This document shows, in pieces, positions 40,495 through 54,555 of a DNA stretch of 64,000 nucleotides. This DNA comes from Eukaryota sp. GEM-RC1 (lineage: Eukaryota): contig JAUFOQ010000001.1 in assembly GCA_040285855.1 (NCBI GenBank), positions 2,108,001 to 2,172,000 of the forward strand. Reading direction: 5' to 3'. The translations under genes were made by a program, and so were the position numbers. Under the pieces are notes generated by a model that saw only the letters and a program-made list of their open reading frames with translations, was not told the origin of the DNA and ran no database searches. Each line of letters starts with the position of its first letter. Within the stretch, counting starts at the first letter, position 1.

Positions 40495-41898
40495 TAAGCG
40501 ACTGTTGTGACAGGTGATGTAGACTTAGAAACTGTAGAATTGACTCTGATGACTCTGATGTGGATTCCTCTCCTTCACTCTCGCTTCCACATTTCTTGAC
40601 ATCAGTTCCATCATTTGGGACGTCTTTAAGTACCTGTTTTCTGTATTTCATTCGTCCCGTTTTATCTCTGTTTCCGCGTGTGATCTCTCATTCACTCTTT
40701 ACTCGTGACTGTTCTTCCTTGTCTTTGTCTCTTTGTGACACTTCATGTCTTGATCGTCAGTACTCTATCACATACTTCAGGAATCCATGGTTGTTGTTCT
40801 AAGTTGTATATATAGACTTAACCGGGTAATTTTGTCTGAGTGCCTTTCGTGATCTTCTTCATTCATGTCCCTAGACTTGTTACGCCGTGGGATGTCTTCT
40901 TCTACTCTCATATGATCTTCATTCCATCATCTGTCTCTGTATCCGCGCGTGAACTATCAATCACGCATCTCTCGTGATCACTTCATCCTTGTTTTTGATG
41001 TCTCTTCTCATCTTTTTCGTCACTACTGTACCATTTGTTTCTGGAAATGATGTATGTTCTTCTTAATACACGCTTAGCCTTGGATTATTAACTCTATCAC
41101 ATGTGTATTACTAATTAATTTTTATTGTATTCTATATGGATAGACGGTATCTGACGATCAAATACCAGATGTAAGGTAAAGACGGGGATTATCAGTAAGT
41201 CCAGGACTAAATTATTGAGTAGCTGACGGGTCTCGACCGGTTGTTAAAGAATCAAAGTCGACGTGACCCAACCGAAACATTTTAAAAGGACGTCGACGTG
41301 ACGTGACGTCGACGAACGTTGCGACCCGTCATGGCGAATTCCGTCAAATGACAAGTCTATTTCTCATGGTTGCCCTAAGACGATATTACGAATATAATGA
41401 ACCAATAGTCAATTCTATTGGTCCGTTATGGAGTTGTTGATTTCAGACATTAAGCATCTTTTTGAGGATATCGTGTGTTTGCTGATCTGTAGTAGTCCGG
41501 GTTTGAATGTTTCCACTTTTATACTTTCATACTATGTACTTAAGGTTCTAATATGCACTAGTTGATCGTGGTCCGACATGAACAATGCCTTCTTGCTGAA
41601 TGATGGAGACGATGACATAGTGTGGCTGACAAGAAATTATAAAATTAAGTCTACTAATTAGCGTTAGATAAATTTAATTCTAAGCGGCTAGAATTAATTA
41701 ATTATGATTAAATAAATTTTTTCGCAACACTGCAATGAATGTTGCTTTAATGATAGTTTTAATCCTAGTTTCTGTTCACTGTCTCTGTTCTATAAAATTC
41801 AAATTAAACAAACACACTACACAATGTATGTCAATAAAAATATTGTATTTTGGTGATTATAGCATTTTTAAACATCGGAAAATAAAACAGGTTAACGA

Positions 41899-43404
41899 TC
41901 AAAATTCATCCTCCGAAGACGAGCCGAGAAAATCTTTAAGTGTACGCAAACCCGCCATTTTGAGAGCAGTATTTATCTCATCAAGGTCTTTTTTCGGTAC
42001 CAATTCACTAGCTATGCTGTCCCAATCCTGTATATTTGCGAGCGTCTCCAGGTGAACAACGGTAGGTTGACCTTCACTAGAACGACCATTTTGGTTGCGA
42101 CCACCGCCCCTCGTGTTTCTTTTCTCGTTCTTCTGTGGTATTTTTTCCTTCTTCATTGGGATTTCATGCCTCACATCACCGACTGGATTATGCATCGGAC
42201 CGCTATATACACTAAGCAATTCGTTGGTTTTCAGTTCAGGAGATTCTTCTTCCATCTTAAAGTCCTTGTATTGTTTGTGACATTCGGCAAAACTGGAATA
42301 AATTCGAAGAAGCAAAAACACTGCAAGAGCTAATGCAACAATGAATCCAAGAGCTACCAAAAATCCTAGTAAGTTGGTGACGATGGAATAAGGAGCAAGA
42401 TCAGTGTCACAAAGCCGGTCAAAAATGCAATCATCGAAATACTTACGACCCAACAATCCAATTCCTCTTCCAAAGTACTCGGACAACATAAAACCACCAA
42501 ATAAATAGGTAATCAATAAGTACTGGATCCATGAGAGTCTCGACATTCGCTGAGTTTCTTCTTCTTTTTCTTCAAGTTTGTACAACAATCTGAACCTGAT
42601 ACTATTCATGAGAACCAAAGCTGTCATGGCTATGGTAATTCCATGACGATCCTCAGTACCTCCCCAAATGGGAAGAGCTAACATGAACAGACCAAAGGTT
42701 TGTAAACCACAAATAAATCTATGTGCATATTTGTCGTTTTTCCACAAAATAGAAAATGGTAACAAACAAAAAGCGATAGGACTTTTTTCAAATTTGTCTG
42801 CAGTTGTTTCGTAGACTACGTTTGAATAATAAGTGAAAGGACTAATGAATACATGGAACAGTACCATACCACAGATTCCAAAAAAGACAGGCAGGAACTG
42901 TATGAAGCTCAATAAAAGGAAGATAGTCTGGAATATGATCATTGGTGACATACTTTCCCATGCAACGTGTTCATAGATACCACAGAATCGATTTGGAACT
43001 TCCAAACATCTGGGAGACCCAAAGAATATATCATATTCACGGAACACGAGAGAAACCGGGAAGGCCAAGATGTAGCCAATGAAATGGAAGAGAAGAATGG
43101 TGTAGTAGGGAGATAAAGCGATATAAACCACACAGAACGATAAAATAGCAAGCACTCTTAGAGAAGCCGCCATATTGCGGAACATTTCTATGATCTTCTT
43201 CCTTCCATGGATGATAAGAAAATAGAGGAGGGACAGCGCCCAAAACATCATAAAGTTCAAGAACTTTGTGTCCTCATTTGTGAGCGAATAAAACGCTGCC
43301 ACCATACCTCCTGTTCCAGCAAGGAGCAGGACCAAATGCATTGGGAAGATGAAGGTCTTGTTAGTAGAGAAACATTGTTTGAAGAGGAACTTGAGAAATA
43401 ACAT
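41899..43404 (-). CDS. Uncharacterised multi-pass membrane protein, 501 aa
   Basis: Only long ORF in the window. About ten hydrophobic segments are followed by a charged C-terminal tail. No family recognised. Confidence 0.8.
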   Translation of the reverse strand: MLFLKFLFKQCFSTNKTFIFPMHLVLLLAGTGGMVAAFYSLTNEDTKFLNFMMFWALSLLYFLIIHGRKKIIEMFRNMAASLRVLAILSFCVVYIALSPYYTILLFHFIGYILAFPVSLVFREYDIFFGSPRCLEVPNRFCGIYEHVAWESMSPMIIFQTIFLLLSFIQFLPVFFGICGMVLFHVFISPFTYYSNVVYETTADKFEKSPIAFCLLPFSILWKNDKYAHRFICGLQTFGLFMLALPIWGGTEDRHGITIAMTALVLMNSIRFRLLYKLEEKEEETQRMSRLSWIQYLLITYLFGGFMLSEYFGRGIGLLGRKYFDDCIFDRLCDTDLAPYSIVTNLLGFLVALGFIVALALAVFLLLRIYSSFAECHKQYKDFKMEEESPELKTNELLSVYSGPMHNPVGDVRHEIPMKKEKIPQKNEKRNTRGGGRNQNGRSSEGQPTVVHLETLANIQDWDSIASELVPKKDLDEINTALKMAGLRTLKDFLGSSSEDEF

Positions 43405-43789
43405 GAATGTGATGAGACCACCGACTTGAGAAAGACAGAATCAATGACAGAATGACCTTCTAAGATTAGACGAGCAAGTCAAGTGAAGTCAAGTGAAGTC
43501 AAGCTACTATAACTAAGAATTGGGCCAAACAGACAGGAGAATCATTGGGTTTTGCCTCGGTGACGACTAAAATCTGATCTGACTGAGACGGTATTTTTGT
43601 ATTGTCTGTATTTTCTGTATTGTTTTAAAGGAGTGGTCTGAAACACAACAATTTGTCTTTGAAAAACTTAATCTCGGTATCAATACCTACTAGTATCAGT
43701 ATTACATCATGTCTACAGACAGTACTCTTCACAAAGTCTTCCTGCATTACTATTCCTGAGTTCAACTCGACTGGTATCAGTTACTAACT

Positions 43790-44395
43790 CATGACATTCC
43801 GTTACACACTCTATCCATCTTCCACACACTGACAGTTTTTCACTTCCAAACACAAATCTATCGTCGGCGAAACTAAATCTCTTGTCAACTCATCCACCCC
43901 CATCTGTTCTCTAAGTCTAGTCTCTAAACTCTCAGTTACTTCATTCTTCTTGACATCGAAGTCGTTCCTCCCACTGTCAGAACTAAGATCGAACTAGCAC
44001 TAACCCAAGATGAAGACGTTGGTGACGGAACAACCTCAGTCATGATCCTCGCTTCTGTACTCCTTGCCTACGCTAAACCTCTCTTCAACAGTCACCTCAT
44101 CATCATCCTTGAAGATTACAACATGCCTCTCTTCATTACTCTCGCTATACTTACTTACATGAAACAACACGAATGAGGTTTCAAACCTTGCTGAGTCTAC
44201 TCTTGGTAATAAGTTTGTCTCTCGCTAAATTGTTCACTTTTACCGTTTTGCTGACGCTGTTTCACCCTAACCCGCACTATTTATGATAAATTCAACATTA
44301 AGAAGTTTATTAGAATAAGTATTAAGAGAAGTTTACCTCAACCTAAACATCCACTAAGAGATTAATTGAGAATCATCGTGTGGTTTACTGGTATT
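43790..44395 (+). pseudogene. CCT3: Decayed CCT-gamma fragment, most diverged copy
   Basis: IELALTQDEDVGDGTTSVMILA core; flanks are strongly diverged. Confidence 0.75.
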
Positions 44396-47126
44396 ACTTG
44401 TATTTTTGTTAAATTATCGTTCAGTTCTGACATCAAATCACGATAGTGAAAGCAACTTTCTTTATTGATTTAGCTATCTTTAATATTTAGTTAGAACACT
44501 TGTTGTGTTAATTAAGGTAAGTGTATTGTGTACTCACCAAATCTTTTTGAAATCTAAATATGATTAGGTGTTCAAATCAGAAATCTATCATGGTTTAACA
44601 TCGTAATTTTTTTTGCTTTGTAGTATCGTCATCAGTTTGAAAATGTTGAAGTATGCTTTGTATGAATACGAGTAAAAGAGTCACGCAGAAGAATTACAGA
44701 GACCTTCATATGCCTGAAGTTTCAGTTAGCCCTTTGCTGTCACTTCTGCTCACGTATTTAAGCTGGAGAAATCTCATAAGACTTTTGGAATTAAAGGAGC
44801 TCATTGGAGAGAATCTAAAGAACTTGTTAGACAATAAAATTAAAATAATGTGATCTTGTTCCGATTGTTTGATGTGCCGAACTGTAATATTCCATTCCAC
44901 ATCAGGATCTGAATCGAAGTGTTTTTTTCTGTTATCTGAATTCTTCCGTCTGAAAGCAGATACTCATATACTCTGCGATCGCTTGACCACAGAGTGCTTG
45001 AAATTCTCACGAATAGAAATGGGAAAGCCAATTCGTAGTCGCAAATCCAGTACAATAGTTCCTACATCATTATCAACAACAACAATTTACTACTATTTCG
45101 AAGTGTCACAGGAGACGATCGCGAAGATGTACAGCAGCTGGACCAATATCGCTTACTGTAGGATTTTCTGCGTAAATTCTGGCCCACTTTTCCCAAGCAA
45201 AGCGATCTCAGGGGCATACTACTGAGGATTTTGAGCCATTAAATCGTCCACAGAAATGTTTTTTGCTTGAGTTGATGTTTCCTGCTTTAGAAGAGCTGCT
45301 AGGTCATTTTTCAAAACAGGAAAGCACATAGTCTTCCGGGAATTCATTTGGAGTACACCAAGTTGAGAAGTTGGATAGTTCACCTCAAAGACAGACTCCG
45401 AGTGAACAAGTGCGTTTTCAGCAGTAGCAGCAATGAGTATACAGTTCTAAAGTAATGATGATAATTGAAGGAACAATACGGAAGAATAACTTATTTATGT
45501 TGACTTTCAATGTCGTTACTTGTCTCTTTGAAAGTTCGTTTAAGATTATTGTTTCAATGATAAATTTGTTTAATGTAGTTGCGACCTGTTAGTTACGCAA
45601 TTAACTGATTCTATAAATTTAACGTCACTTAGGCACATATCAAAATCAGTAAGAGTTAGATCAAAGTCACTCCAAAATAAGTTTGGGTTAATGAAAACCC
45701 TTCCACAGCTGTGGGGCATATAATTGCAATAAATATCTCAATTAATTGCCCTCTCATTTCTCGAACCAATTCCTTAGCTCGTATTTACTTGACAAGTCAA
45801 TTTTTCTAAGCCCTGTTCTTTACAATAACACTACGGAATTGGATTGAGGAAGAGACATGTCAAATAAAAGAACTCTTAAATGTTTTTCTTGATCTGCTGT
45901 CAAGGTAACACCTTCCATTGGAGGATAAGAAACTCTAGAAAGAACGGATTTAGTAGTAGTGGATCAGATATCAGTTTCTGTACCCAGAATGCTGTGAGTT
46001 TAAATGGTCCCGCATTGTAGATGTCGATGGCTTTCTGTAGTGACATGCTTTGTCAGAAGGACATGACTTACATTTTCTTATGTGATTATCCTCGAGCAAA
46101 AATAAGACATGAACATCAGCTCTTGTTTTATCAAGGGAAAGGTTTAGGATTAGGACTTACAGAATGATATGTGTTCTCCACGAGCTTTGGAGAACGATAT
46201 TCGACTGGCTCTTCTTAGTGAGGTTGACGTAGAATCCAATTGTCAGGTGATGACCGAGTTGTTTGCATGAAATGGATAAACTTCATTTGTTTTCATTTCT
46301 CACTGATCTGCAATAGATGAATATAATAGATAGAGACATCTTTTAGAAACAGTGATGCATTATAACATTTTGTAACTGATTAATAATTGACAACAATATA
46401 TCCAGGCATATAGTGATTTACTTTCGCTGCATTAAATATACGAAGACACAATAGTACAGTCAAAACTGTTTATAGCGTAAAACTCTATATAGCGTAAAAC
46501 TCTATATAGCGTGCACTTTTCATGGTCTGACATTTTCCTCCTCTTTTTCCCATATGACGTCCTGTCTGTCGCCTCTATCAGTAGTTCTCTTTGGTAATAA
46601 ACTGTCGTATTGATGGCGTTCATTCTGATAACATCTTTTGATCAGCAACTTGAAGGTGTATTACCTTCTTTCTTGACTTCACATATACCGGACATATTTC
46701 CTTTGATACCCCTGACATCCCCGTCTTAGCTGCCTCATCAACATCATCCCTTTCACATCTTGCTTATATCAGATTATCTTTGGTGTTACAGCTTCTAACA
46801 AAGCAACTCCTCCATCAAAACCCTGTAGGATGTTGATTGACGTACCACAAGAACTTTTTTATCTAGCAACCCTCCATACTCTCCAAAAGAGTTCCCTAAA
46901 AGAGCATAACACATGGTCTAAACCAACGCTATAACGTAGACGTAGACGGAAGATATATTTATGATAAACAACCTTATTGAATCGTGTTTATGGGGAGAAC
47001 CAACAAGAAACTATACAGAACTACCATGAAGCCAAAAAACAAACCCAAATTGATAGGGAAATAGAAGGGGTGATGGAAGATGTAGATCCGTTCTCACAGT
47101 ATCTGGAGATGTATCACTCTAACTAC

Positions 47127-47540
47127 TCAGAAAGGAGGGTGATAAAACGTACCTAGGCAGATACTTGGAAGATGAATCATGTCATCATAGGTTGAAGCGA
47201 GATGATCATGTCTCTTCTTCACTCTTTCATGTCCAAAAATGATCAGAATGAAGTTAGTCCACTGAAACTTTCGTATCTGGATGATTTCTTGAATTCCGTT
47301 CAAAATATTTACCACCCAGATTTTAGTCTTGTCCATTCTTCCTTCTCATCCCATGTAGTTATGTCCACGATATGGATATTTGGATGACCCATACTTTGTT
47401 CTTTCTAGATCTTCTTGAAATAAACACTCATTGTTGAGAATGGAGCTGCACAGTGCGTTTATTCTATATAGTGGGAAACAAACTGTACATATAGTCCCGC
47501 TATAATCAGTTTTGACTGTATTGTCTTTCATCCATTGCAA
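47127..47540 (-). mobile_element. Possible pogo/DDE_1 transposase relic
   Basis: TVC...INA, GRMD, FILIIFGH and IHLP occur in the expected order but are degenerate. Confidence 0.4.
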
Positions 47541-50500
47541 TATTTTATACCGACAAGTCTGTTCTTATACTTAGTAGTTTTCAAAATTTTGAGAATTTTG
47601 GGACATTACAGTGTACTCGGTAAGATGTCCAAAAGACCGTCCTAAAAGAATTAATTTGCTTTCTCGATTTTTGAGTCAATGTATAGATGTGTTGATTTCA
47701 TTTTGGAATCAAGTTGTTTGGTGGTAGAAACTGTTTGTAGTTGGATAGTTCGTTGTAATAGTCTTTATTTATTTGTTGTTTTCTTGTTGTGTGGTCTTCT
47801 GTGCACATAAATGCGATTTATATTTGTCAATTTCTACTGCGACTCGTCACAACCGGATGTGACGGTTTGTCCAAACACCGCAGGCCAAAGTTACAATTGA
47901 TGATAATCAGTGCTCATATGTCAATTTTATAATTCATATAATGCACTCAGCCAGGATCCTACTCCTGTTTCTTTTGTTGCTGCAGTTTGCTTTTTAGTAT
48001 CGTCATCAGTTTAAAAGAGTTGAAGTGTGCTTTGTATGAATACGAGTAAAAGAGTCGTCTACAAACGAGAAAGTTAACAACTTAGCTACAACCCACTCAA
48101 GCCATGATGCAGTAAAGGAAAGTTCATCAATGAGGAACTATCAGAGTTGAGGGACTGAATATGATGTCTTTTGTCATTTACAGAGAACGTTTAATCATAA
48201 TTTGAAATAGACATCTTTTTGTGACAACCAATACAATAAGGGATGGGAAATATTGCATTGGCATTACATGTGTATTGAAAAACTGCTCACCATTCAATAT
48301 TATATTGGATCCAGTATATTGGTTCATATTGTAATATATTTAGATTGTATAGTTACTAAACATAAAGTAAAGAAATACTTATGCATAGTACTTAAAAGTT
48401 ATCGGATGCAAAATGCATCAAGATGTATCTTACAAGAAACAGTGCAGACGATTCGATTTGATAACGATCTACTTTTTTTCAATTCTGCCCTCGTAACAGC
48501 GCCATTTCTTAACAAAGTTATTTTCAAGGTGTCCTGGCAACGAAAATGTGGTTAATGTTGATTATTTGAAACTCTGTTGGATACATATGACAACTCAACT
48601 GTTGTACAGAAACTTGTGATATTTGAACAGATACGATCATTGGTCGTCATACTTGAGAGCAGAGGAGGTGTTTCTAATGACATAGAAGGGATTTCGAAAG
48701 CTCAAGAGTTCTTAGATTTTAGGACTCAGGCTCACAGCAAGCCTTAATCACATGCTTTTGAACAGTTTGCCGAGACGATAGAACCTTCACACGACTGTCA
48801 AGCACTTTTAGCATCTTGAGTAGTGCATCATTGCCTTTAGTAGGGGGTAGTAAAACTGTATGCGAGGTCTTGATTAAAAATATTACAAAGAAAAGAAGCT
48901 GTTTCTGTTTTTCAGGTAGAAGTTGACAAGTAGGTGGGTTTAAATTGGATGTGAGTCGACTAAGTGGGTTTATAGACAGTTCTGCTCATTCTTGTTTGTT
49001 GTTTGCGAGCAAATCTAGGCGTTTTCCTCGCAAATGGCAGTTGAGAGTGTTCTTTCCTGTAGTCTTTGCGTAAGGCTCTGAAGATTTACAGCAGGAAGGA
49101 TTATTGCAGAAGATTAAACTAACGGTTGATTTAACCCGACTTTTCTCAAAGTGTGTGTCATTTTGGATTTCAACGAAATTAACAAGATTAGATGCTTCTT
49201 CATTGCTACTTTGATTTATAGTTTTTAGTGATGAAATGCAAAAGATATATTGCTATATATTATCAAAAGACTCAGTAAGGTTTAGAGTCAACGACGGAAA
49301 ACGACCAACCAGAGGAAATCATTAAGATACAAAAGGCTTGGTCAACCATTTCGACTACCCACTACTCAGAAAACAAGATTTCTTCAGATATGTCATGGTG
49401 AACTTGTTGAGCTTAGCACTGGATGTTTTTCACTCACAGTGGTTATCAATCCAGGCTCTATAAGCGTTATCTAGCGTATCTCTATCTTGCCGTGTACCTT
49501 TCCAACCATCACACTTAAGAAGGTGTTTGGATATTAATATAGCAATGTCTTCAAATGAAATTTGGAGTATCAATGGATGTAATTAAATGAGTCGTTTCAC
49601 GACTCCATAAAGAAAAGACAAGGGTGACAATGCTATCATTTTATTAACGAACAATTCGCTGTAAAACTATGATAAAAATGGGGAACGACTGGTAGAGGCA
49701 ATGAAACTACCGAGTATTGTAAAATAAGTGGGTGATGATGTAAGATATTCATTAGATGAGGCAACATCATTTAATATAGTTCTTGCTCAGAACCAACAGT
49801 TTGAGACTAAACCAAAAGCTACCGCTGTTAGTAATGAGATGAAAATGAGTTGTGTACGTTCAAAGTGGCAAAATGACAAAATTTCAATGTGCACATGCTG
49901 TTACTGTAGTTGAGGAAACATCCGGTTCCTGACACAACTCATTTGACTCATGATTTGAGACTAAAGTTGTTTCACAGAGAGTACCGTTAGCAATAGTGTT
50001 CTTACAATTTCCGACATAAACTGTACTACAAAATAAAAATAATTCCACACAAACATGTCGTCAGAAGAGATTGTTATGACTTTCAATAATTGTATCTTCC
50101 ATGACCGCCTACGCTGTCAACCTGTTCGGGAAGAATAGTGGTGGCGGAAAAGACGGAGAAATTTTAGTCTTGCTGAAATCCCAACTTTATTATTCGCCGG
50201 CTTTATTTTATGTCTTTAAAACATCGTACCACTAAGCGCGATACTTGTTCAGCGAATCTGTTTAACCATCTCTAGGACTAGGAAGTACTGAAAATGTAGT
50301 TCTACTCTGAGATTAAACCGAAGTAATTGAAATCTTGAATAACGTGTCTCTTCCTGCTACTATATCTGATAACTCTAACTCTTACGAATGCACCCTCTGA
50401 AACATTCAATTGGAAGTGGTCTTGTGTATACTTGAAGATCACTTTTCATGTTCTGTAAAGCAAGAACATTTTCTTCAAATCACTAAAATTGTCTTATGCC

Positions 50501-51699
50501 TCAAATGGGCGTTGGGTGAGAATATAGAATCATAAGTAAACTAGAGATAGAACTAAACACTGGTTTATTCTGTAAATGATCATGAAGTGTCGTGACCCGT
50601 CGTTTGACTGCACTAATTCCGATCTTTGGACTGATGATGTGATGTGATTGACACCAAAGTTGTTTCAATTCCGGGCATCGCTTCTTGATTTTGTTGATGT
50701 TCTATTATTCTGTTAGGTAATGGTGACTGATATGTCGGTTTGCGACATGCAATTACTACAGGATCTAGTCTACGCTAACACTATTTGTCAATTTGTTTGT
50801 GAAGTTCAATTGTAGGTTACATTCACTTATTTTTTGATACGTCTCTTCATTACAGACTACACGCCTTTTAGAGAGGTGGAGCCATGTTTGTACATGATCC
50901 ACTGAACAATTTGATTCCTGTGGTGAATCACATTATGAATCATTTGCCAAGAACTCAAGAAACATTTTATTAGGGTACACGAAACATGAAAAAGTTTCCA
51001 AAACGCTTGTTTGCATTTGGAAACCAATTGGAATTCGGGATGACGTCTCCGGAAATTCCATTAGAACATCATACTTATACAGTGTTACAAAGCGTTTATT
51101 GTCATAGAAACTCACCAAAAACTATAACCTTCAAGCATATCATACAGAGTGGGTGATCTCTCATTCTACTCTATTGTAGATCTTACTCAATTCCATCTAA
51201 AACAAGATCGTTGTTAGACTCTGATTTAGATACAAGAGATCCGATTTCTTCAATTCTTTCTTGTTCTTCAACATCCTGCAAAACTAAGTCCACAAATGAT
51301 CTCATCTCCTGTTCATCCACATCAGAAACCACTCCTGCTAGATTTTTAGCCACTGGGGGTTATCATTCAAGTACTCTGCTATATCTAAACAACGTTTTTT
51401 TTTGATGCAAATATGTCTCCTACATATAAAGTAACATGTAAATGATAAAAGGTCTATGAGTGTTTTATGTGATATCAATTTCCATTTGAGTGGTTAGTGA
51501 AATATGGATTTGGGAGATGAGTGTTATTGATATTTTTGCTTAAAAAAAGAAGTAAAGTGCAAGTGATTCTTCAGCATTGTTCATCGTGTTAAAAACATTT
51601 CAGCTAATTCCATCTGTCTAGCTACTGTGAACAATCTCAATTCCATTGTTCTTGTTCTTACTGCTCAACTTCTTTACAGTTGTCGTAAACATCCACTGG

Positions 51700-52040
51700 A
51701 TTGGGTTTGTTCCCATTCACAAAGTCAAGCAGGTTCAGCAAGGAATACCAACCTGGAATACTTCTTTATCGCTCATCAAACAGCCGTTGAATTGGGCAGA
51801 AGATATAGGTTTGTCTATTCCTTGGACTGTACTACAAAACGAACAAATACTCTATTCTGTAGACTTGTTTTTGGTGGGAAAACTTCTCAAAACAAGTCTA
51901 CAGAATCCCATAAACATCTTCCTCTCTTAGACATGGTTCCACCTAAGAGAGTCACTTCCATACTTGAGGCACATTTTCCAGGCACATACATCACTTCTAA
52001 GGATGTACAGAACCTTCGTGCAAAAGACCAATCTATAGTA
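51700..52040 (+). mobile_element. MULE/FAR1-like N-terminal relic
   Basis: PPKRVTSILEAHFPGTYITSKDVQNLRAK. Confidence 0.5.
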
Positions 52041-52130
52041 GGTGGAAGTAGCAGCAGAATGAATGGCCTTATTAATATGTTTTCCCTTACTTACGTATCA
52101 TGAGAAAAATTACCATCATATGTCTGAAGT

Positions 52131-52448
52131 TTGCTCACACCAGTAACAAGCATGAATTTCTTTAAATCTCCCTCTCGCACACCTAACTTTTATTCTTCTC
52201 CCCCTCAGAATTCCCCTTCATCCGTCCGTTTCTGCAACTTTTGTAAGAAACCCAGACACACTATCGACTTCTGCCGTGACCCGGAATGCAAAAGAAGCAA
52301 ACTTAGCCCCTCCAACAAATTCTCTAATAACCCCAAACCTAAAGATCAACCTAAGAATAAACCCTACAATCGAAGGAACCCAACGGTCAACAGAACCTAC
52401 GGAACCAGACTAAATTCCGCTCCTCGACAAACTAATTGTATTTTTTAA
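52131..52448 (+). mobile_element. Gag zinc-knuckle relic
   Basis: CNFCKKPRHTIDFC fits Cx2Cx4Hx4C. Confidence 0.75.
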
Positions 52449-52539
52449 CACAAAAGAGGCCTCTTTAATCCCTGAGGTTAAGTGAATATAAAGTGACTCA
52501 GTTTCTCTTCTTGTGATTAATTTTGTTTAGTTGCTGCCA

Positions 52540-52829
52540 AAGAAAGCCTATTCCTTGAAGCTATAGACGATATCGACGATCGCAAAGACGAAGAGTTTTT
52601 AACAATGATGTTCAATGAAATAATTGATCATATTGGCAGCCATTATGTCAATCTAGTTATTACTGATGGTGCACAACATTATATGAACGCTGCTATGAAC
52701 CAAACCTTCAAACTCAAACACATTCGTGGAATCCGGTGTGCTATTGGTATTCATACAATGAATTGCTTTTTAAAAGACAAATGTACATCAGAGTCTGGTC
52801 TCAAAATCCCTTCAATTGTTTTTCTCTGA
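52540..52829 (+). mobile_element. hAT (DUF659-type) transposase relic
   Basis: LFLEAID...IIDHIG...LVITDGA...HIRGIRCA...HTMNCFLKD. Confidence 0.75.
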
Positions 52830-53419
52830 CAAAAGGCCACAAAGGTCATCAACTTTGCACTAAACAAACCATTTGTCCGAAAATTGATGAAAACCCCACC
52901 AATGTAGTGGGTTTGCTGTAACTACTTTAAAATCATCTTCGACTGTGACTTTTTGTTCTGTGTGCTCTTTCTTTTCATCAGAATATTAAATTCATTGAGC
53001 AGTAGAATTGGATTTAGTATACTCTACTGGGGAATTGTTGTCTTGATTTAGTATTCTTGTTCCCACTCTGCAGGTTACACAGCCTGGAATCTGTTTGTAT
53101 TCATATTCATGTGGTTAGTTTTGAGCAGAACGATCATACTTCATGTGGAAACCACAACAAAATTGGACAAAACAATGGTCTTTTTCGAAGTCGTGTATGT
53201 AGTTTACAAATTATAAACAAAATTTCTGTGGTAAAATGTCAAGTGAACTTTCCACTGATTAAATAATCAAAAGACAAAGGAGGATGAAGTTCTGAGTGGG
53301 AGACTTTTCTTCAGCCACTTACTAGAACTACACTAAAATGAAATGATGAATCACTAACATCAATCGAGTAATGTAAAGAAACGGTGAAAGAGGGATTTCA
53401 GAGATGTTCAGTCACCAAA

Positions 53420-54555
53420 AATATCGTTAAACATTCCAGCACATTCTAGCACTAGTATAAAACCCATTAATACCAGAAATTCTTAGCAATAAGACAACAA
53501 CATCAATGAGAAGTGACCTTTGGTCGTCTCAAAAGTATTTCCAGTGAGTAAGGTTTGGACCAGCAATCAGTGAAATGATGGATTCTATTGATGAAAGATC
53601 GGTAACAAGGACATCAACGGAATGATCTCAGTCACGTGTTAGATCGAGAGAGATCAAGACCAAGACAAGTTTAAGGTTTTTGTTGATGAGTTAGAGAACG
53701 ACTATTCGGAATATGAGTTATTACACGACGAAGAGTAAGCTTGCATGGATATAAGTGAGGACGGGTAGAAAGAGAGGGTAAATCGGAAAAGGAAGACTGA
53801 AACTCAAGCATCATGTACAACTGCAAGACAGAGTTGTAGATTTGGACACACATCAGAACGTAAAGGGAAAGAACGAACCTAATCAGAGAAGAAACATCCG
53901 AAAATGAGAAAATGAGCAACGTAGTGATGACAAGGGAAGAATGACGAAGATTATAGAACTGTTAAGACTCGGGAGGTAGACAGAATGAATGTCTAGAGAG
54001 CAAACGTTGATACTGAGGATGAACTTCTTCATTCACTCCATCATGTATGAACTTTAAACACTTGATCCCGTCTTTACGCCGTGTGACCTCGCCTTCTACT
54101 CTCATTTGATCTTCATTCCTTCATCTGTATTTGTATCCGTGCGTGGACCATAAATCACTCATCTCTCGTGATCACTTCATCCTTGTTTCTCGATGTCTCT
54201 ACTCCTCTATCTCTACTCGTCGCTTATCTAACATATGTTTCTGTAAATGGTAGGTATTCTTCTTAATCCAGGTATCCTCCTTAGCCTTGGATTATTTACT
54301 CTATTACATGTGTATTATGTGTACTCATTTCATCTTGTTTGACTGACATTGTCTATGGTATCACGTGGTCAATGATGACGTGATTGATACTGCTCGTCTG
54401 CTCTTCTGTTTGTCTATATCTCTTGATATTCTATCGTGAACGTGTTGATCATCTTTGAAGGTCTCTCTTTTGTGATCGCTTACCGGTCTAAAATTGTTTA
54501 TCTGTTTTAACATTCATAACAGAATATTAAAAGTAAGTTTTATTATGTATTGTCA
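53420..54555 (+). repeat. Composite repeat copy ending in hairpin 54524-54546
   Basis: Inverted counterpart of 6130-7260. Confidence 0.85.

Noticed and set aside
43405..43545. Upstream exon for the 501-aa gene (CTAATCTTAG acceptor-like motif near 43460-43470, minus strand)
   Set aside because: An in-frame TGA lies between the motif and the ATG, and no donor gives an open frame; at most this is a 5' UTR intron.
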